From Cercozoa sp. M6MM (taxonomy: Eukaryota; Protista; Endomyxa: Ascetosporea): a stretch of 64,000 nt of DNA. This document shows positions 1 to 17,628 of the stretch, piece after piece. Where the stretch lies: the NCBI GenBank assembly GCA_040357565.1, contig JBDODJ010000044.1; one strand, written 5' to 3'. A program made the position numbers and the translations under genes. The notes beneath the pieces were generated by a model, which saw nothing but the letters and a program-made list of their open reading frames with translations, searched no databases and was not told the DNA's origin. The first letter of the stretch is position 1. Every line of letters begins with the position of its first letter.

Positions 1-631
1 GAGCGTATGGTACAGTGTCGAACTTGGAGTGACCTCGTCTTTCGTCTTGTCCCTACAAACACGTAGAATTCATCCCACCTGTGGTTTCAAAGCAGATACC
101 TACCTTCGTGAGTGCAGTCAAACCTGCGGTGTCGACCTACAGCCAGACACATGTGGCGTAGCAAGAGCACAGATTTACGCAACTCACAGGGAGGGATACC
201 AAGGTGATGTCCGTGTCTTCGAACTTGAGCGGCACTGCCACCGAGTCCCTTGTGATTCCTACACACACACACATACACACACACACATACACACACACAC
301 ACACACACCAAAGCAGGTTGCCTCCTTCCGGACTAACACTCAGCCCAAGAAATGAGTACCTGGAGTGGCGCCCACATTAAGTCGATGCTTGTCACCCAGC
401 AAGGTGTTGATCAGCGTCGACTTGCCCGTGTTGGGACGGCCCTGCAGGAGCACACTGACGCACAGCACACACACACACACACACACACATATGCCAGCGC
501 ATGGACACTCGTACCACGATGGCGAGCTGCATGTCGGGTCGTGCCTCCCGCGCCAACGCAGTGCCGCTTTCGCTCAGTGTCGCTTGTTGGCGGTATTCGT
601 TCAATTCCTGGAGGGAAGCGGGGGGAGGGTT

Positions 632-682
<51 letters not shown>

Positions 683-3600
683 CCCCTACCAAAAAAGGGA
701 TACCTGCAAGCGCTCTTGTCGCAGTTGCTCGCGTGTTTGCCGAGCAGTCACGCCAGTGCGCGTCTCGAAATCGACCGGATCGATCACACGGTGCACTCGC
801 TCAAACAGCACCGGCAGACTGTCCATCTGACGTCTCATAGCTGCATTGCACATATCAGGAAAAGAGAGTAACGCCTCCTCAATCTCAGGTAGACGTATCA
901 ACGGATAGCGTACCGTGGTAGAAGTCGGTGAGTCCCCAGTTGTGCTACGTCACAAGCACACACATGTCTCATGACATAAGTGCCTACAAGGCAAGCACGG
1001 TACCAAAGCAGAGCATTCAACGATGTCGGCATCCTCGAATCCAAGGCCCCGACACTACATCGAGCAGACAGTGGCGGCAAAGGTTAGTGAAGGGAGGACA
1101 TTTGTACCTCCTCAAGTGTTTCGAGACACCGCGGATCATCCTCATTGTCACACTGCACACGCATACACACACAGACACACATACAGACATCTACACGTGT
1201 TTATGTGTGTGTGGAGACTACCTTGTTGACGACAATAATAACACGCAGAGGAAGAAACTCGGGCGCGATGTTCACCTCAACCTGCGCACATATCCAAAGC
1301 ACAGACACGATGAACACACAACCCATGATCCAGCAGAGAAAGGTACGATCGGTTTGGATGACTCGGCAGCCTCAAACTCGTCAACTTGCGTGCCGATTCC
1401 GTTGACCTGTACAGACACTGTAATAGATGCACAAGTGCTGTACAGGCATGCAGGAGGCAATCACCTTGGCAGGCGGAAGGAGACCACCGTCAGCCGCCAA
1501 GCGCACGTTCTTTTGCTGCTCGGTTTGCTGTGCAAGTATCTTAGGATAGATTTGTACGACTTCGCTCTGAAAACAGCGAGCAAGTGTACATATTGTTTGA
1601 GCGCAGCATCAAGTCGTCGCATATCACCTAAGAGACAACATTTAACAGAGGTAATGTGCGACCCGAATTACGAGATGAACCAGAGTAGTGTCGTTCCTTG
1701 GCACGCTGCCGCACTGTACAGTACAAACAACATTAGGGGAGGAGGAAGCTAGGGATCAGACATACCGAGTCGTTTCCAGTCACGAGAACTGCGGTCCATG
1801 AGATCACGTTCCATGTGCGAGTCTGCTCAAGTGTATTGTTGGTGCACTGATGTGCAAGTCAAAAGGTAGGTATCAGAACAGAACAATGCGGATACTTTGC
1901 AAGTCGCGCATGCGTGCATGCTCTTCGATCGGCTGCAGCAGCGATTCCGTGGCGTGTGCCATCTCGAGTAGCTACAGACGAAACCGACAGAGCAATCACA
2001 CACACCAACAGATGTCCAGATGATGAACAGGAGGCACCTCTTGTTTCGACTCGTCGTCGAGGCCGCTAAATCACCACAAACGTGAGACATTGTGCTTGTG
2101 CGGTATGCATGGAAGCTACCCCGCCTGCATGATCTTTCTCTTCTCCGACAAACGGTCTGACACGTGTTCGTAGTCCTCATCCTCCACTACAGAAAAAGCG
2201 ACATTGCAATTTTTGTTGTCATTCGTGGCATTCAATACAACCAACACACACTCGGCCAGTCGATCTTTGAGGATGCGTTCCGCGCGGTTGTCGATCTAAG
2301 CGATATGACACCCCGACAGGTAAAGCAGAAAAGAGTACGAGGAGATTGTCTTTGGAGGTTACCTCGTGCAACTGCGCCTCAACAACCGAGTCGACGTCCT
2401 CCGTGAAGGACCCCTGTCACAGGCAAAAATAGATCCGTTGATGCCAAGGCACACCTGTGGAGAGCAGTGCATACCAGACGCTCCTTAAGCAACTGGTACG
2501 CTACCTCTCGTTTCTCGATCTGTGTCACACACAACAAAAACGGGTCAGGGAGCAAGGGCACACGGGGAGGCCGATGGGACGGGCTACCTCTTTGTGCAAG
2601 AACTCGGCGATGCGGTAGTCTTCCGGCTGCACGCCTGCCGGGCCGTCCACAACCTGTCCCGAGCAGCGCGAAGGAGAGTCAACAAGAAGACAAGAGAGCA
2701 GTGAGAGACAAGAGCAAAAGGTGCAGCAACTGGTGCTTACCAGAACCGCCACATCGGCACCTTGCAGCGCGCGTTGTGCTTGTCTTAGCATACCTCTTTT
2801 CAACTATGCGATGTTATTGCTCGTACAGCCATCGCTGCGCATCGTCCATAAGCTAGCACCGATACCTCAGTTTCGGTGGCGTTGCGAAGATTTTTCTTCG
2901 TTTCGACCTGCAGGCAATCAGCTGGAACAGGCAGTGCATTTATGACAGCACAAAGTACCTCCTCGTAACCCGGTGTGTCGACTGCAGCAAATTCAAGATC
3001 CAGGAGCTCGCCGCGGGACACTTGTCTGTAATCACACTCCTTCAGTCAGCTTTACCGAAGAGAGGGAAGAAGGAAAAGAGAGCACCGGTCACGCGTGACA
3101 CCAGGCATATCATGAACAATGGCAGTGCCGCCACCACACACGCGGTTGAACAGTGACGACTTGCCTGAACAAGGACAGAGTGTGTATACTGCACAGGACA
3201 CTGAGACACAGACAGGGAATGTACCCACATTGGGCCGTCCAACAAAGGCGACACGCGGCTGTCGCGCGATCAGTTCTTTCGTGTCGCGGCCCGCCGCGTC
3301 CGTGCCTGCAGCACAGTGATGTGAACAGACTGCAGGACAGGGTCGGCAGCCAGAAAAGCTACCAATGGCGGCCAGCTGCATGTGCATCTGCTCGGTAAGT
3401 CGGTCGCGACGCGATTTCGCTTGCACCAGCTGCACCATATCGTAACGCAACTTGAACGAGGCGAAAAGAAAAAAACAGCAATGCAAAGGTACCGTGTCTG
3501 TCTGGCGGCTGAGGAACTCCACATTCGCGCCTTTGCTGAATTGTCCCGCACTGCTGAGAGCCCTGTATATCATCACACACATTAAAAATGGTAGTAACAC

Positions 3601-3705
3601 ACATCAGCACACATTCGCACGGTGCGGCACTGACCTGATCTGGGCGTCAGTGACCTTTCGGCGCGCATGCCGGCTACCCGCCGCACGAACGCACGATGAA
3701 CGCAT
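1..3705 (-). CDS. der: EngA/Der tandem-GTPase, probably organelle-targeted; multi-exon, 3' end runs off the window
   Basis: Spliced exons give G-domain 1 ([10 protein letters not shown]|KSSLFNR...HDMPGVTRD...VDTPG, ~3260-2960) and G-domain 2 ([16 protein letters not shown]...PG|ITRDSV...L|VDTAGL, ~440-100). ATG at 3705 starts an Arg/Ser-rich presequence ([17 protein letters not shown]). Middle exons not fully resolved. Confidence 0.9.
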
Positions 3706-4062
3706 CCAAGGGCACTGTTTTAGCGCGAATATACTCTGGTACTACATATTCGGATCGCTGGAACCAGTGCATCAATAATATTTTTAAAATAATGATTTCC
3801 TGATACAGTACTTTTCAGTGACTGGCGATCAGATACATTTTTGTCTTGTTAAATTAGCGGGAAATCGAGTGGCTACTTTTCGGCTATGCATTTTCCAGAG
3901 TTTAAGGCAAAACGGGCATCGTTTTCCCGAGTTTCTCTGGAGTGGATGTTGTCTTCGAGTGCAATCTTTCACGAGCACGAATTTCTTAGAGTGTGGCCTT
4001 CCACCGTCGAATTACCCGCACGTGTTCTGAGAAACAGCAACTGTCGTGTCCACGCTGATTAA

Positions 4063-5234
4063 ATGCACTTCTCACCGCTGCTCGTCGTGGTTATCTTTTG
4101 TGACAACGTAGCTGCATATGCGCAAGAAAAGTACAACTTTGAATGTCTCCTTGTTCGACCCGCGCACGAGCCGCTATGTAGAGATTTATCTTCGGAGGTA
4201 TCACACGCTTGGGTATAGAGGTACATATTGGTATTTGTCAGTACAAACTGTGTGTTTTTTAATTGCAGTACCTGTACCTTGATGAGTCTATCAAGCAAGT
4301 CGAACAGCTGAAATGCGCGAAAGCTACTGAATATGGATGCTTTCGCGTAAGCGAGCGCTATGGTGTCGAACAGCGAGAAGATGAGAAATACTGCAGTGCA
4401 AAGGGCTGCCGCGACGTTGCCCACGCGTGCGACCCCTCTGAGTGTTATGTGCTACCTCCGCCCGAGCCGAAGCACGGACTGATTGAACGAACTCACAAAC
4501 CCACCCAACAACCCTATGAGCCAACTTCTGAATCTTTGGCCTCGTATCGCTACACTGTAAATCTACTTTGAGTCCATCGTTTCGTTTGTACCTGGTCGTC
4601 ATGACTATATTCATCTACCTCGGTCGTTTTGACTGTTGCAGTGTCATACTGTGGAAGTCGCGGATTATGCGCGATGCACCGATTTGCTCCATTTGAAGCA
4701 ATGGCTGATCTTAAGCATGGGCACATCGTATGGTGAGACACCCACCACACACAGGGCGCGGTAGTCCGTGCTTAAAAAACTATGTATTGTTTAGATGATT
4801 TGAAATGTGCCACCGCGAGCAAGGCAGTTTGTTGGGACATATACATGGACAAAGAAGCTGACCCAAGCAAATGCCCCCCATGTAAAGACGTCGCCTTTGG
4901 TACAATCCGTAAGGGTTAAGTCAAAAAGGCGTATTTCAAATCATCTGGTCTGCTTCAATCAGCTTGTCCGCGTGACTTCTGTGGTGACGCAGATGTTGAG
5001 CCTGAAGTCCCCGAGCCTGAAGTCCCCGAGCCTGAAGTCCCCGAGCCCAACGACACCGAATCTGAGCCGACAAGTGAGCTGGAGGACCATGTCGCGGATC
5101 ATGATCATGTGACACAACCCATACATGCTCAAGACGAAAGCACGACGGCAACCCCGTCGTCGGTGGCAGCGGTGGAGCCAGTGCCTGCGGCAATCATGTT
5201 GCTGCTAACATCATTGCTGCTGTTGCTTGGTTAA
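4063..5234 (+). CDS. Cys-rich, probably GPI-anchored surface protein with two tandem 8-Cys domains (5 exons)
   Basis: Signal-like MHFSPLLVVVIFCDNVAAYA; four phase-consistent GT-AG introns; two repeats sharing C..V..A....C.DL...LKCA.A....C...C..C.DVA.AC....C; (EPEVP)3 stalk; hydrophobic C-terminus PAAIMLLLTSLLLLLG*. Confidence 0.8.
4998..5046 (+). repeat. Coding 15-bp tandem repeat (GAGCCTGAAGTCCCC)x3 encoding EPEVP
   Basis: Directly visible in the sequence. Confidence 0.95.
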
Positions 5235-5544
5235 GTAACTAACTGGTCAAAAGAATCATAAGTTTACTGTGCCTGGCGGACTCGTCTACCGTACATACCC
5301 ACGTTTTTGCTGTCTTGCTTGCCATTTGTGCCCAGCTCACTCATAGCTGGGTGCACTTAAGTCACATGCGTCGCGCTAGGGATTGTCGGTGAGCCCGCAG
5401 TCCCGGTAGACGAGAGGACGATTGTGTCGCATGGAGAGAGGCAGAAGCCCGCAGGCGCGAGACACCGACCTAGACTCTTGTGTCAAAATAGACTGGACAA
5501 ACTAAGTTACGTATCCGATCCGTCATATCTATCTCGTCTGTCCT

Positions 5545-5721
5545 TTACAAAGACATGTTCGCAAAAGGACCTCCGTTGGAATCATCGTCACTCGAGTCGT
5601 CACGGTCTTCACTATCGTTGACGTTTTCATGCGCGACCTCATCGACGGGAGCGGTGCTGCCGTCACACTCGTCGCTCTTTTGCATGACGAAACAAAAGTA
5701 TCCAAAGCCTTTGTTGTCACC
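5545..5721 (-). CDS. Terminal exon of a gene cut by the N-gap; weak resemblance to a METTL13/EEF1AKMT4-type methyltransferase C-terminus plus acidic tail
   Basis: (TG)n-aaatag acceptor then GDNKGFGYFCFVMQK...DSEDRDDSSDDD...SL*; upstream exons missing. Confidence 0.4.
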   Translation of the reverse strand, partial: GDNKGFGYFCFVMQKSDECDGSTAPVDEVAHENVNDSEDRDDSSDDDSNGGPFANMSL

Positions 5722-5723
5722 TA

Positions 5724-5768
<45 letters not shown>

Positions 5769-5868
5769 NNNNNNNNNNNNNNNNNNNNNNNNNNNNNNNN
5801 NNNNNNNNNNNNNNNNNNNNNNNNNNNNNNNNNNNNNNNNNNNNNNNNNNNNNNNNNNNNNNNNNNNN

Positions 5869-6019
5869 CTCTCGATGACAAGTTTGCGGTAAGCAAGCCT
5901 CATTCTTCGTGCAGTGCATTCTTTTGTGAAACAACATCCTTTTCTCTCAGGTGGGAGTCAGTCCTGCGCCGTGAGTTCTATTTTGCTGTCGCTTGCTCAA
6001 GTAGTATTGTGTGTGTGTG

Positions 6020-6064
<45 letters not shown>

Positions 6065-9000
6065 CGGCCAGAAGGTCTGCATCCGGACTGTTGCAGGCGA
6101 CTTCTTTGCTGCGCCAGCGCGTAAGTTTCCGTATTTTGCAAAGGGGGGATATCAAATGTGCCATATATATATGCATCGATAAACACACACACATATATAT
6201 ATATATACATGTCTACAGTGCTGGAGCTTGCACCGCAGACGACGTGGGCCAGCTTCATGCAGGTCGCTGTGATATCGAGTTTTAAATCCGTCAACCAAAC
6301 AGTAGGCCAATCTCCTGCTACCCTCTGTCTCAGATGCACAGTGAGTGTACCTAGGATACGCGAGTCAAGACGACGGTCAACTTCAACAAGGCGATGTTTC
6401 TGTACGATTGCCTACGAAATAAAGCTTCGGTGTGTGTGTGTGCGTACACCACTGTTTTTGCTGTCTTAGAGCGAACGTCGTTCCTGCCATTCGTCGCTTG
6501 TGAGTTCACCTCAAAGGATGTGTTTTCTTTCCTTGTGTTTTACTTGTGCGTTATCGCAGGGAGTCGTTGGACGCCGAGGTGTCTGCAACGTGGCCTCTGA
6601 CAACTCGCAGTGATGTCATTTCATTTGCCAACTCGCCTCTCATTCCGACGCCGTCTCTTTTCGCCTACGGTATCCGTGTGTGTGTGCGTGTGTGCGTGTG
6701 TGTGTATGTGTGCGCGCGCAGGGATAAAGCTTGAACTGACACCGAAAACGTGGTTGAATGGCGTCGAACCTGACGGTGTGTTGTATCTGTCGTCTGGAGG
6801 TTTCTTTGCAAACTATTTGATGTCGCAGGCTGGACAACTCCTGGCGTTGGTGAGATGGTAAGACTGCATGCCACCCACCCCACCCCCCCGGTCAGTTTGT
6901 ATTCCTTCATCTGTTCGTCTGTAGGTCGCAAGCTTGGGCAACCTTCCACGTCGCATTCCGTCTATCATTGGACTTGACGTATGTCGCATGTGATACCCCG
7001 GGTACTTTATTCGAGAAGTTGCTTTTTCGCTCAGAGCGACGAAGCTGTGACGTACACGTTCGGCAATAGCACTAGCAATGGACTCACTGTACTCTATCTC
7101 CTGTAATGTATGTGCTCTTCTAGTGCTGTGTGAGTTTAGGTCGAGTGGGCTGACTTAGGAGCACTCGAACCGCAGTTGCTGGAGTAAGTTCTCAGTCTGT
7201 ATGTTATGTGCGTTGGACTCTGTCTGTTCTTTTGCAGTGGCACACATCCACAACTGGTTGGCTACAACGTCAACATCGTATCACGACATTTAAACTGTTT
7301 CGTTGCGAACCGTGTGCTCACAATGCTGTGTGTGTTCAGGAGGCAAGTGACGGATCGTGGACGTCAGGTCCGGTTAGTCTCAGTGCCACTGAGACTCGCT
7401 GGGAACTCGAAGTGCCACAGCCGTTGTTTGACGCCGCTAACGAGTACGCTTAGAGCCAATGTCAGTTGTCTTGCCTTTTTGTATCTGGTTTGTAACCTCG
7501 CAACTCGCAGACGAAAGGTGACCCTCAAAGTCACAGTTCTCCCGGTGTCGCACCCGTTGGTACATTTGCGTCTATGGCACGTGCGTTTTTGTAAGAGCCA
7601 GACTACTAATTGCGCAGGCAAACCAAACTTTCCCGGGCATGCCATCGTGGGAACCGACTACAGCTGACAGTACCTTTAGTGAAATACAAAAACACAGGTT
7701 TGTGTTTTACTGGTGCTGTTCGCAGTCGCGTTGCAGCAGTTGGCCCCTCCTATTGTGCCACCGGAGTTGAAGGACTTCTTCAAACAGGTATATTCGCTGC
7801 TATCGCACTCGAAATCTCGCGTAGATGAGTCACTGTTTTTGCATAGATGAGTCAATCGTCGTATTACGAGTTTGGCGCGCGCTTTGTTTGGGAGCACACC
7901 GAAACGCTTGACGTACCATGTTCTCCTGTGTTTCGCCTTGTCTGGAGTGTGCCGTATGTGATTTACCAGTGACTACGGTACTTTGATTGTGCGACACAGT
8001 TAACACTTGAGGCGGCCAAGACCGAGGTCTCTCTTTGGTACGTTTCTATGTTCTTTTTTGCTGGGATACACGTCAAGTATGTTTGTTTTTACGACGCAGG
8101 TGGGCGCCTCCAACGTCCTCGACGCTCGATTTTGTGCACAATGTGGTAGGCTTAAACTTTTGAATTTTTATTTTATTTCATTTTGTTTTTACTTTTTGTA
8201 TTTTATATTTATTTTTTTTATTTTTAGACGGTGGTCAGAACGGATCAAGTGAACGGACAAGGACCAGACGAGACTCATTGGGTCATCGTATGTCACACTG
8301 ATATGTCACATGCACCTGTGGTTTCTAATACTACTCTACTGTATGTCTAGGACGCCCTGCCTCCTGGACAGTACAAGCTGTACCTGTGGACGCAAGCGAC
8401 TGGTACATCCGGCACACTGTCACATTTCGGAGGATGCATGCTTAAACGACATTTTGCCCTAGGTCGCGACAAGGTGAATCCTCGCTGGTTGGATCGGCGT
8501 TCGATCACTGTTGAGTCGCCGGTAAACTTCTACAGGTGTCCCATGGAAAAGCAGTGATGTGTGGATGAGTGTCTGATCACAGGTTGCGACTCACTTGTCG
8601 TTTAACCTGAACACCTTCTTTTTAAGCAACTCTCCAGATGCCTTGAACAACGGTACATCCTCCCTTCCGAGTGTACTGGCTTCCTGAGTAGCTAGCCTGC
8701 GTGCGTACAGTGCGTGCAATCACGTTCCCGATGAGAGGAAGTCATATCCCAGCGGGGCAGACTAATTTGCTAAATCACATCGTACAGTTGCCTTTTGTGT
8801 CGCACATGCGGTATCACAAGGTACGTGTCTGGGGCGATGCAGGTCACAGCGCTGACTCCTGTTGCCAAAAACGACTTCAATGCACCTGGTAACACGTCTT
8901 GGTCTGGCTGTTGTTGACCCTGTCGCATGTGCCATGCTATGGGGTGTGCTCTTTGTAGCCGACTTTACTGCGGTCTCGTTCACTGTCAGCTGTGTCGTGG

Positions 9001-12000
9001 AGGGTTTGGGTATACTACCAAACTACCTTTCTGCAGACCGACCTTAAATGTTACCCCAATTAGCCTTGGCTAACTTCATGTCGACTCAAACGGCAAACGA
9101 AATCCAAGCTAACGAAGTAAGTGAGCTCGTACTGTGTTTGGTGATTGACTTTGAAATGCCTCTTGTGTGTAGTTCAACCTGGCGTCCTTTAGCAATCCTT
9201 GGTACATGCTTGACTCAGCACTACTTGCCTACCGTTCGACACTGTGCTGTTTGATTGTGCTGTTTGATTGCGCAGGTTGGGCACGTACAACTGCAGCGTC
9301 ACTTGCGACCAGCTGACGACCACTGTGTACCGATTGTTACGTGTACCCTGCAGTGGGAATATCTACTGTGCCTGTGTGTGTCCGTAGCACGGAGACTCTT
9401 GTCGTTGAATATGACAACGAGGCATCTGGCTTACTCAAGTCGTACCTTTGCCTTGTGTTTCCTTGTGCTGTTTGTTTCTGCCGCATTCGGTACTCATGAT
9501 AGGGACGGTGGCTCTCCGAGTGGCTTGCCGAGTGACGTGCCCACGTATTTTCCTTTTTGACCCCTCGGGCACACCAACATGAACCGCGACAATATAGTAC
9601 CCTTGAGTTCTCAACGGTGCCGATGCTGCCGGCCCGAATGCACCAGTTGCGCTTTGTTGTACGTCCCCACAGCAATTCATCGCTTGTGTTTTCGTTGAAA
9701 TTAAGTTCACCTGCTCCGATGGTGCGTAGTTCAACTCGACCGAGTATCTGACGTGTAAGCCGACTCCTGTGGTGTTTTCTCTATCTTAGATTAACTGTGC
9801 CATCTTCACGCGTCATGTGTACTTGAATTTGTGTGTTCTTGTGCGTAGACCTCTGCCACGGACATTGCGAACCGCGTAGCGTTTGACTAGTGAGTTTCTT
9901 CCTTATTCTCAGTGTATGCATGAATTTGAAACGTGATCACGCTGTATGTGTAAACAGCACTTGGAGCTGTCTGCTACCGCCTGCCTTGGGCGCCAATCTA
10001 CTGCCGCAACTGTAAACCGTTTTATTTGTTTATTTTTTGTCATCGAAGCATTGTGACTGGCATGTAACTGTACAGGCGGTATCACAGCGCGCTGTTAGCT
10101 TTCTCAGACACCTCGTCGATCTCGTACCAAGCACCGAACGCGAACCCGTGTACGTTTCACACAGCCCATGTGTGTGTGGATGTATGTGTGTATGTGTGTG
10201 TGCAGTTTCTCTTCGATCGGTGAGTGCTGTGAACAGCTTGCTACCTCTGCAGGTATCTCGTTGTCTGCCACTGTCGGACCGGCTTAGGTTTACCTCCTGA
10301 TTCTCCTTTTGCACAGATGAAGTCAAACCTTCCGGCACAACTTACCTTTGATGGCACGGTACACAGGACTGGCACTTTCGTGGATGTGTACGCTTCCTTG
10401 CTCTAGGGCTTTTCGGTCAATCCGGCACGTTTCCTGTCGGTGTCGATGCGCACTGTCAGCGATGGTACGGTGCCTTGTTAGCATATTTGATTGCATTGCA
10501 TTCTTTCTTCGTGTGCAGGCAAACTATGGCCGTGTGACATCTCGTCCTCGCTGAGCAACAGCACTTTCATCGTACGATGCGCGGCTCTTCTCTCAGCACA
10601 AGTGTGTCTGTTGCTATTTGGCTGCTTTCCATGTGCAGACATGCCTCTCCACCAAGGGCATCGGAGGTGATGTGCGCATGCTGATTGACGTGGTACTGTG
10701 TGACGCTATCTTGCTTGTGTGTGCGTGTGTTGTTGATCCCTTCCCTGCGTAGGTCGCAGCGCCGGCAGGCACCTTCACGCAACAGTTCTCGCGCGGGCAA
10801 GGCGACACTCACGACCTTGTAAAGCACATTGCATTGTTACTGCGTAGTATGTGTACGTGTATGTTTACAGAGCTTCCCGTTTGCACCGAAGCCGATTAGA
10901 ATCTTTGGCTGCAATGGCGCGGTACCCCTGTCCTGTCTGCTGGACAGGCTGGTGCCTGTGTTGGCTTATCAAGTGCGCTCGTAGAATCCGCCTGTGTGCG
11001 ACACGAAAGGAGCCAGTGTTTTGCTGGAGGGCGTTGTACTATGCACTTTTTCCTTTTTAATCGCGTGCGCGTGTGTGTATCTTTTTGATGACGTAGGACG
11101 TTGGCAGCACTCAAGAAAATGTGCAAGTTGCTGTCGTCATTGACGCTTTCGTCACCGGTACGCAGTGCGCGTGTGAGTGTGTGCGTGCATGCGTGCGTGC
11201 ATGTGTGGCTGTGTGTGTGTGTGTGTGTGTGTCGGTGTGTTGATTAAGAGTGTTCTCGCTTGTTCAGTGCCGGCGACGACGGTGAACACGACGCACATCA
11301 CATTCCAGAGTACTGTCGTTTACCTCCAACGTGGTTTTTAATCTGTGTCCCTCTTGTCTGTCCTGCAGTGCCTGCACTTCTTGACGGCGTTTCACGCAAT
11401 CCCACTGTGTCTGGTGCACCCATTTGCCAGATTGTACTACTTTGCTCTTGCGTGTCTGTGCATGTGCGTTCGTTGTTTAGTTCAACGCGGCGCTGGCATC
11501 GAGAGTGCTGAGATTTTTGGATTGTTCTCGTACCACTGTTGTTTCAGCACACGCTGTCCATCCTTACATTGTTCATATCCAGGTATGAACTGCCGCAACT
11601 CGAGTCGATTCAAGGCTGCAGTGCATGCAATGGCGGTACTTACAATCCCTGACAAGCGTATATGCTCCGCACTATGGGTTCCCTAAACAGGGATCTGCGA
11701 CTGCGCTCGTGCCGGTGGTGATGTGGTACGAAGCGAACTCTTATATCTACTTACTTAAGCATCCGTGTGCTAACTTTTTCCGGTAGGTGACGGTGACTGG
11801 ACGTCATTTAGGACCGTCTTCTCTGTACTGCCCATTTTGATCTGACAAGATCTGTTGTGGTTTGTATGCTTTCTGGGATGCATAGTCGTGTGCTCTTTGG
11901 CGCAACTCTCGTGCCAACAGTCAAGTAGCATTTGGACCTAGGGTGTCACTGGTCATTCGTGTATGGTGTGCATGTGTGCGTGTGATAGCCATGACCCAGT

Positions 12001-12366
12001 GAACCCATCGGAGCATATCACCTTCGCACTGCCTCCTGCCATTGACAGTGGTATTTTGTAGTTGCACCCATGGTCAGTTCGGTTTCCTCGAGTCTGTTCT
12101 GCTCAGGTGCTCGACGAGCCTTGTTGGCTGTCACTCCTGATGGCGAATTCAGCAGTGGGTACAGCGCGCCCATGTCTCTACTTCTTCTGAGTGCCCTTGT
12201 GTGTGCAGTGTTTTGTACATGTCATACGCGGCGTGTCCGCCTGGCACAGAGCTGAATCCGGTACCTCCTACAAGTTGTCCAGTGTCTGCTGTGAAAGTTC
12301 GCTGTACTCGATTTGGCTTAGGGCGGCCACTTGTGTACTGACTGTCAAGCCGGCGAGTACTCGTTC
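5869..12366 (+). CDS. Internal part of a very large extracellular protein with IPT/TIG-like domains followed by a Cys-rich (ephrin-receptor-like/GCC) repeat; both ends at gaps
   Basis: Dozens of short exons. Spliced SYELPQLESIQGC..|GICDCARAGGDV|VTVTGRHLGPSS|RVLFG...HITFALPP... (11583-12050), SFPFAPKPIRIFGC..CDTKGASVLLEG (10870-11035), YAACPPGTELNP|GGHLCTDCQAGEYSF (12210-12366). Confidence 0.75.
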
Positions 12367-12384
12367 GTGCGTTGTCTCTTTGAG

Positions 12385-12428
<44 letters not shown>

Positions 12429-12528
12429 NNNNNNNNNNNNNNNNNNNNNNNNNNNNNNNNNNNNNNNNNNNNNNNNNNNNNNNNNNNNNNNNNNNNNNNN
12501 NNNNNNNNNNNNNNNNNNNNNNNNNNNN

Positions 12529-17143
<4,615 letters not shown>

Positions 17144-17628
17144 CCAGGGAAGCACACACAGTTGCGGCGCACAGGGCCAGAAGTCGAACTGTGTATGCAA
17201 TAGCACAACTGCGCACACCCTAACACGTGAAAGTGGTAATCGCTCTCCGAGCGAACCGATCTGGGGTTTTAATTGATCTTCTGTTGATCATTTTTCTGAT
17301 CCAGCCCCACGCGTGCTTCGTCTCCTTGGCAGCTGCTTCAGAAAACAAGGTTTGTTCGGTTGTCGGTCGCCAATAGCTTCTTGATGACCACCAGGTGGGC
17401 ACCACCCGCAACAACACGAGTCACCACTCCCGAGTTCAGTCGGAATGTGATGTCAGGGTTTACTGGACTGGGTGTGACATGGTCCCGTGGCACACGGCGG
17501 TGTGGCGTGTGCCCGAAATGAGCTGCAACGAGCCGTTGAATGAGCGAGGCGAGGGCTTCTTAGTTCCTCTCTTGCCATCATGCTGCGCTAGATAGTTCGA
17601 GGCAAGTTCGAGGGACAATCGCACCTTG

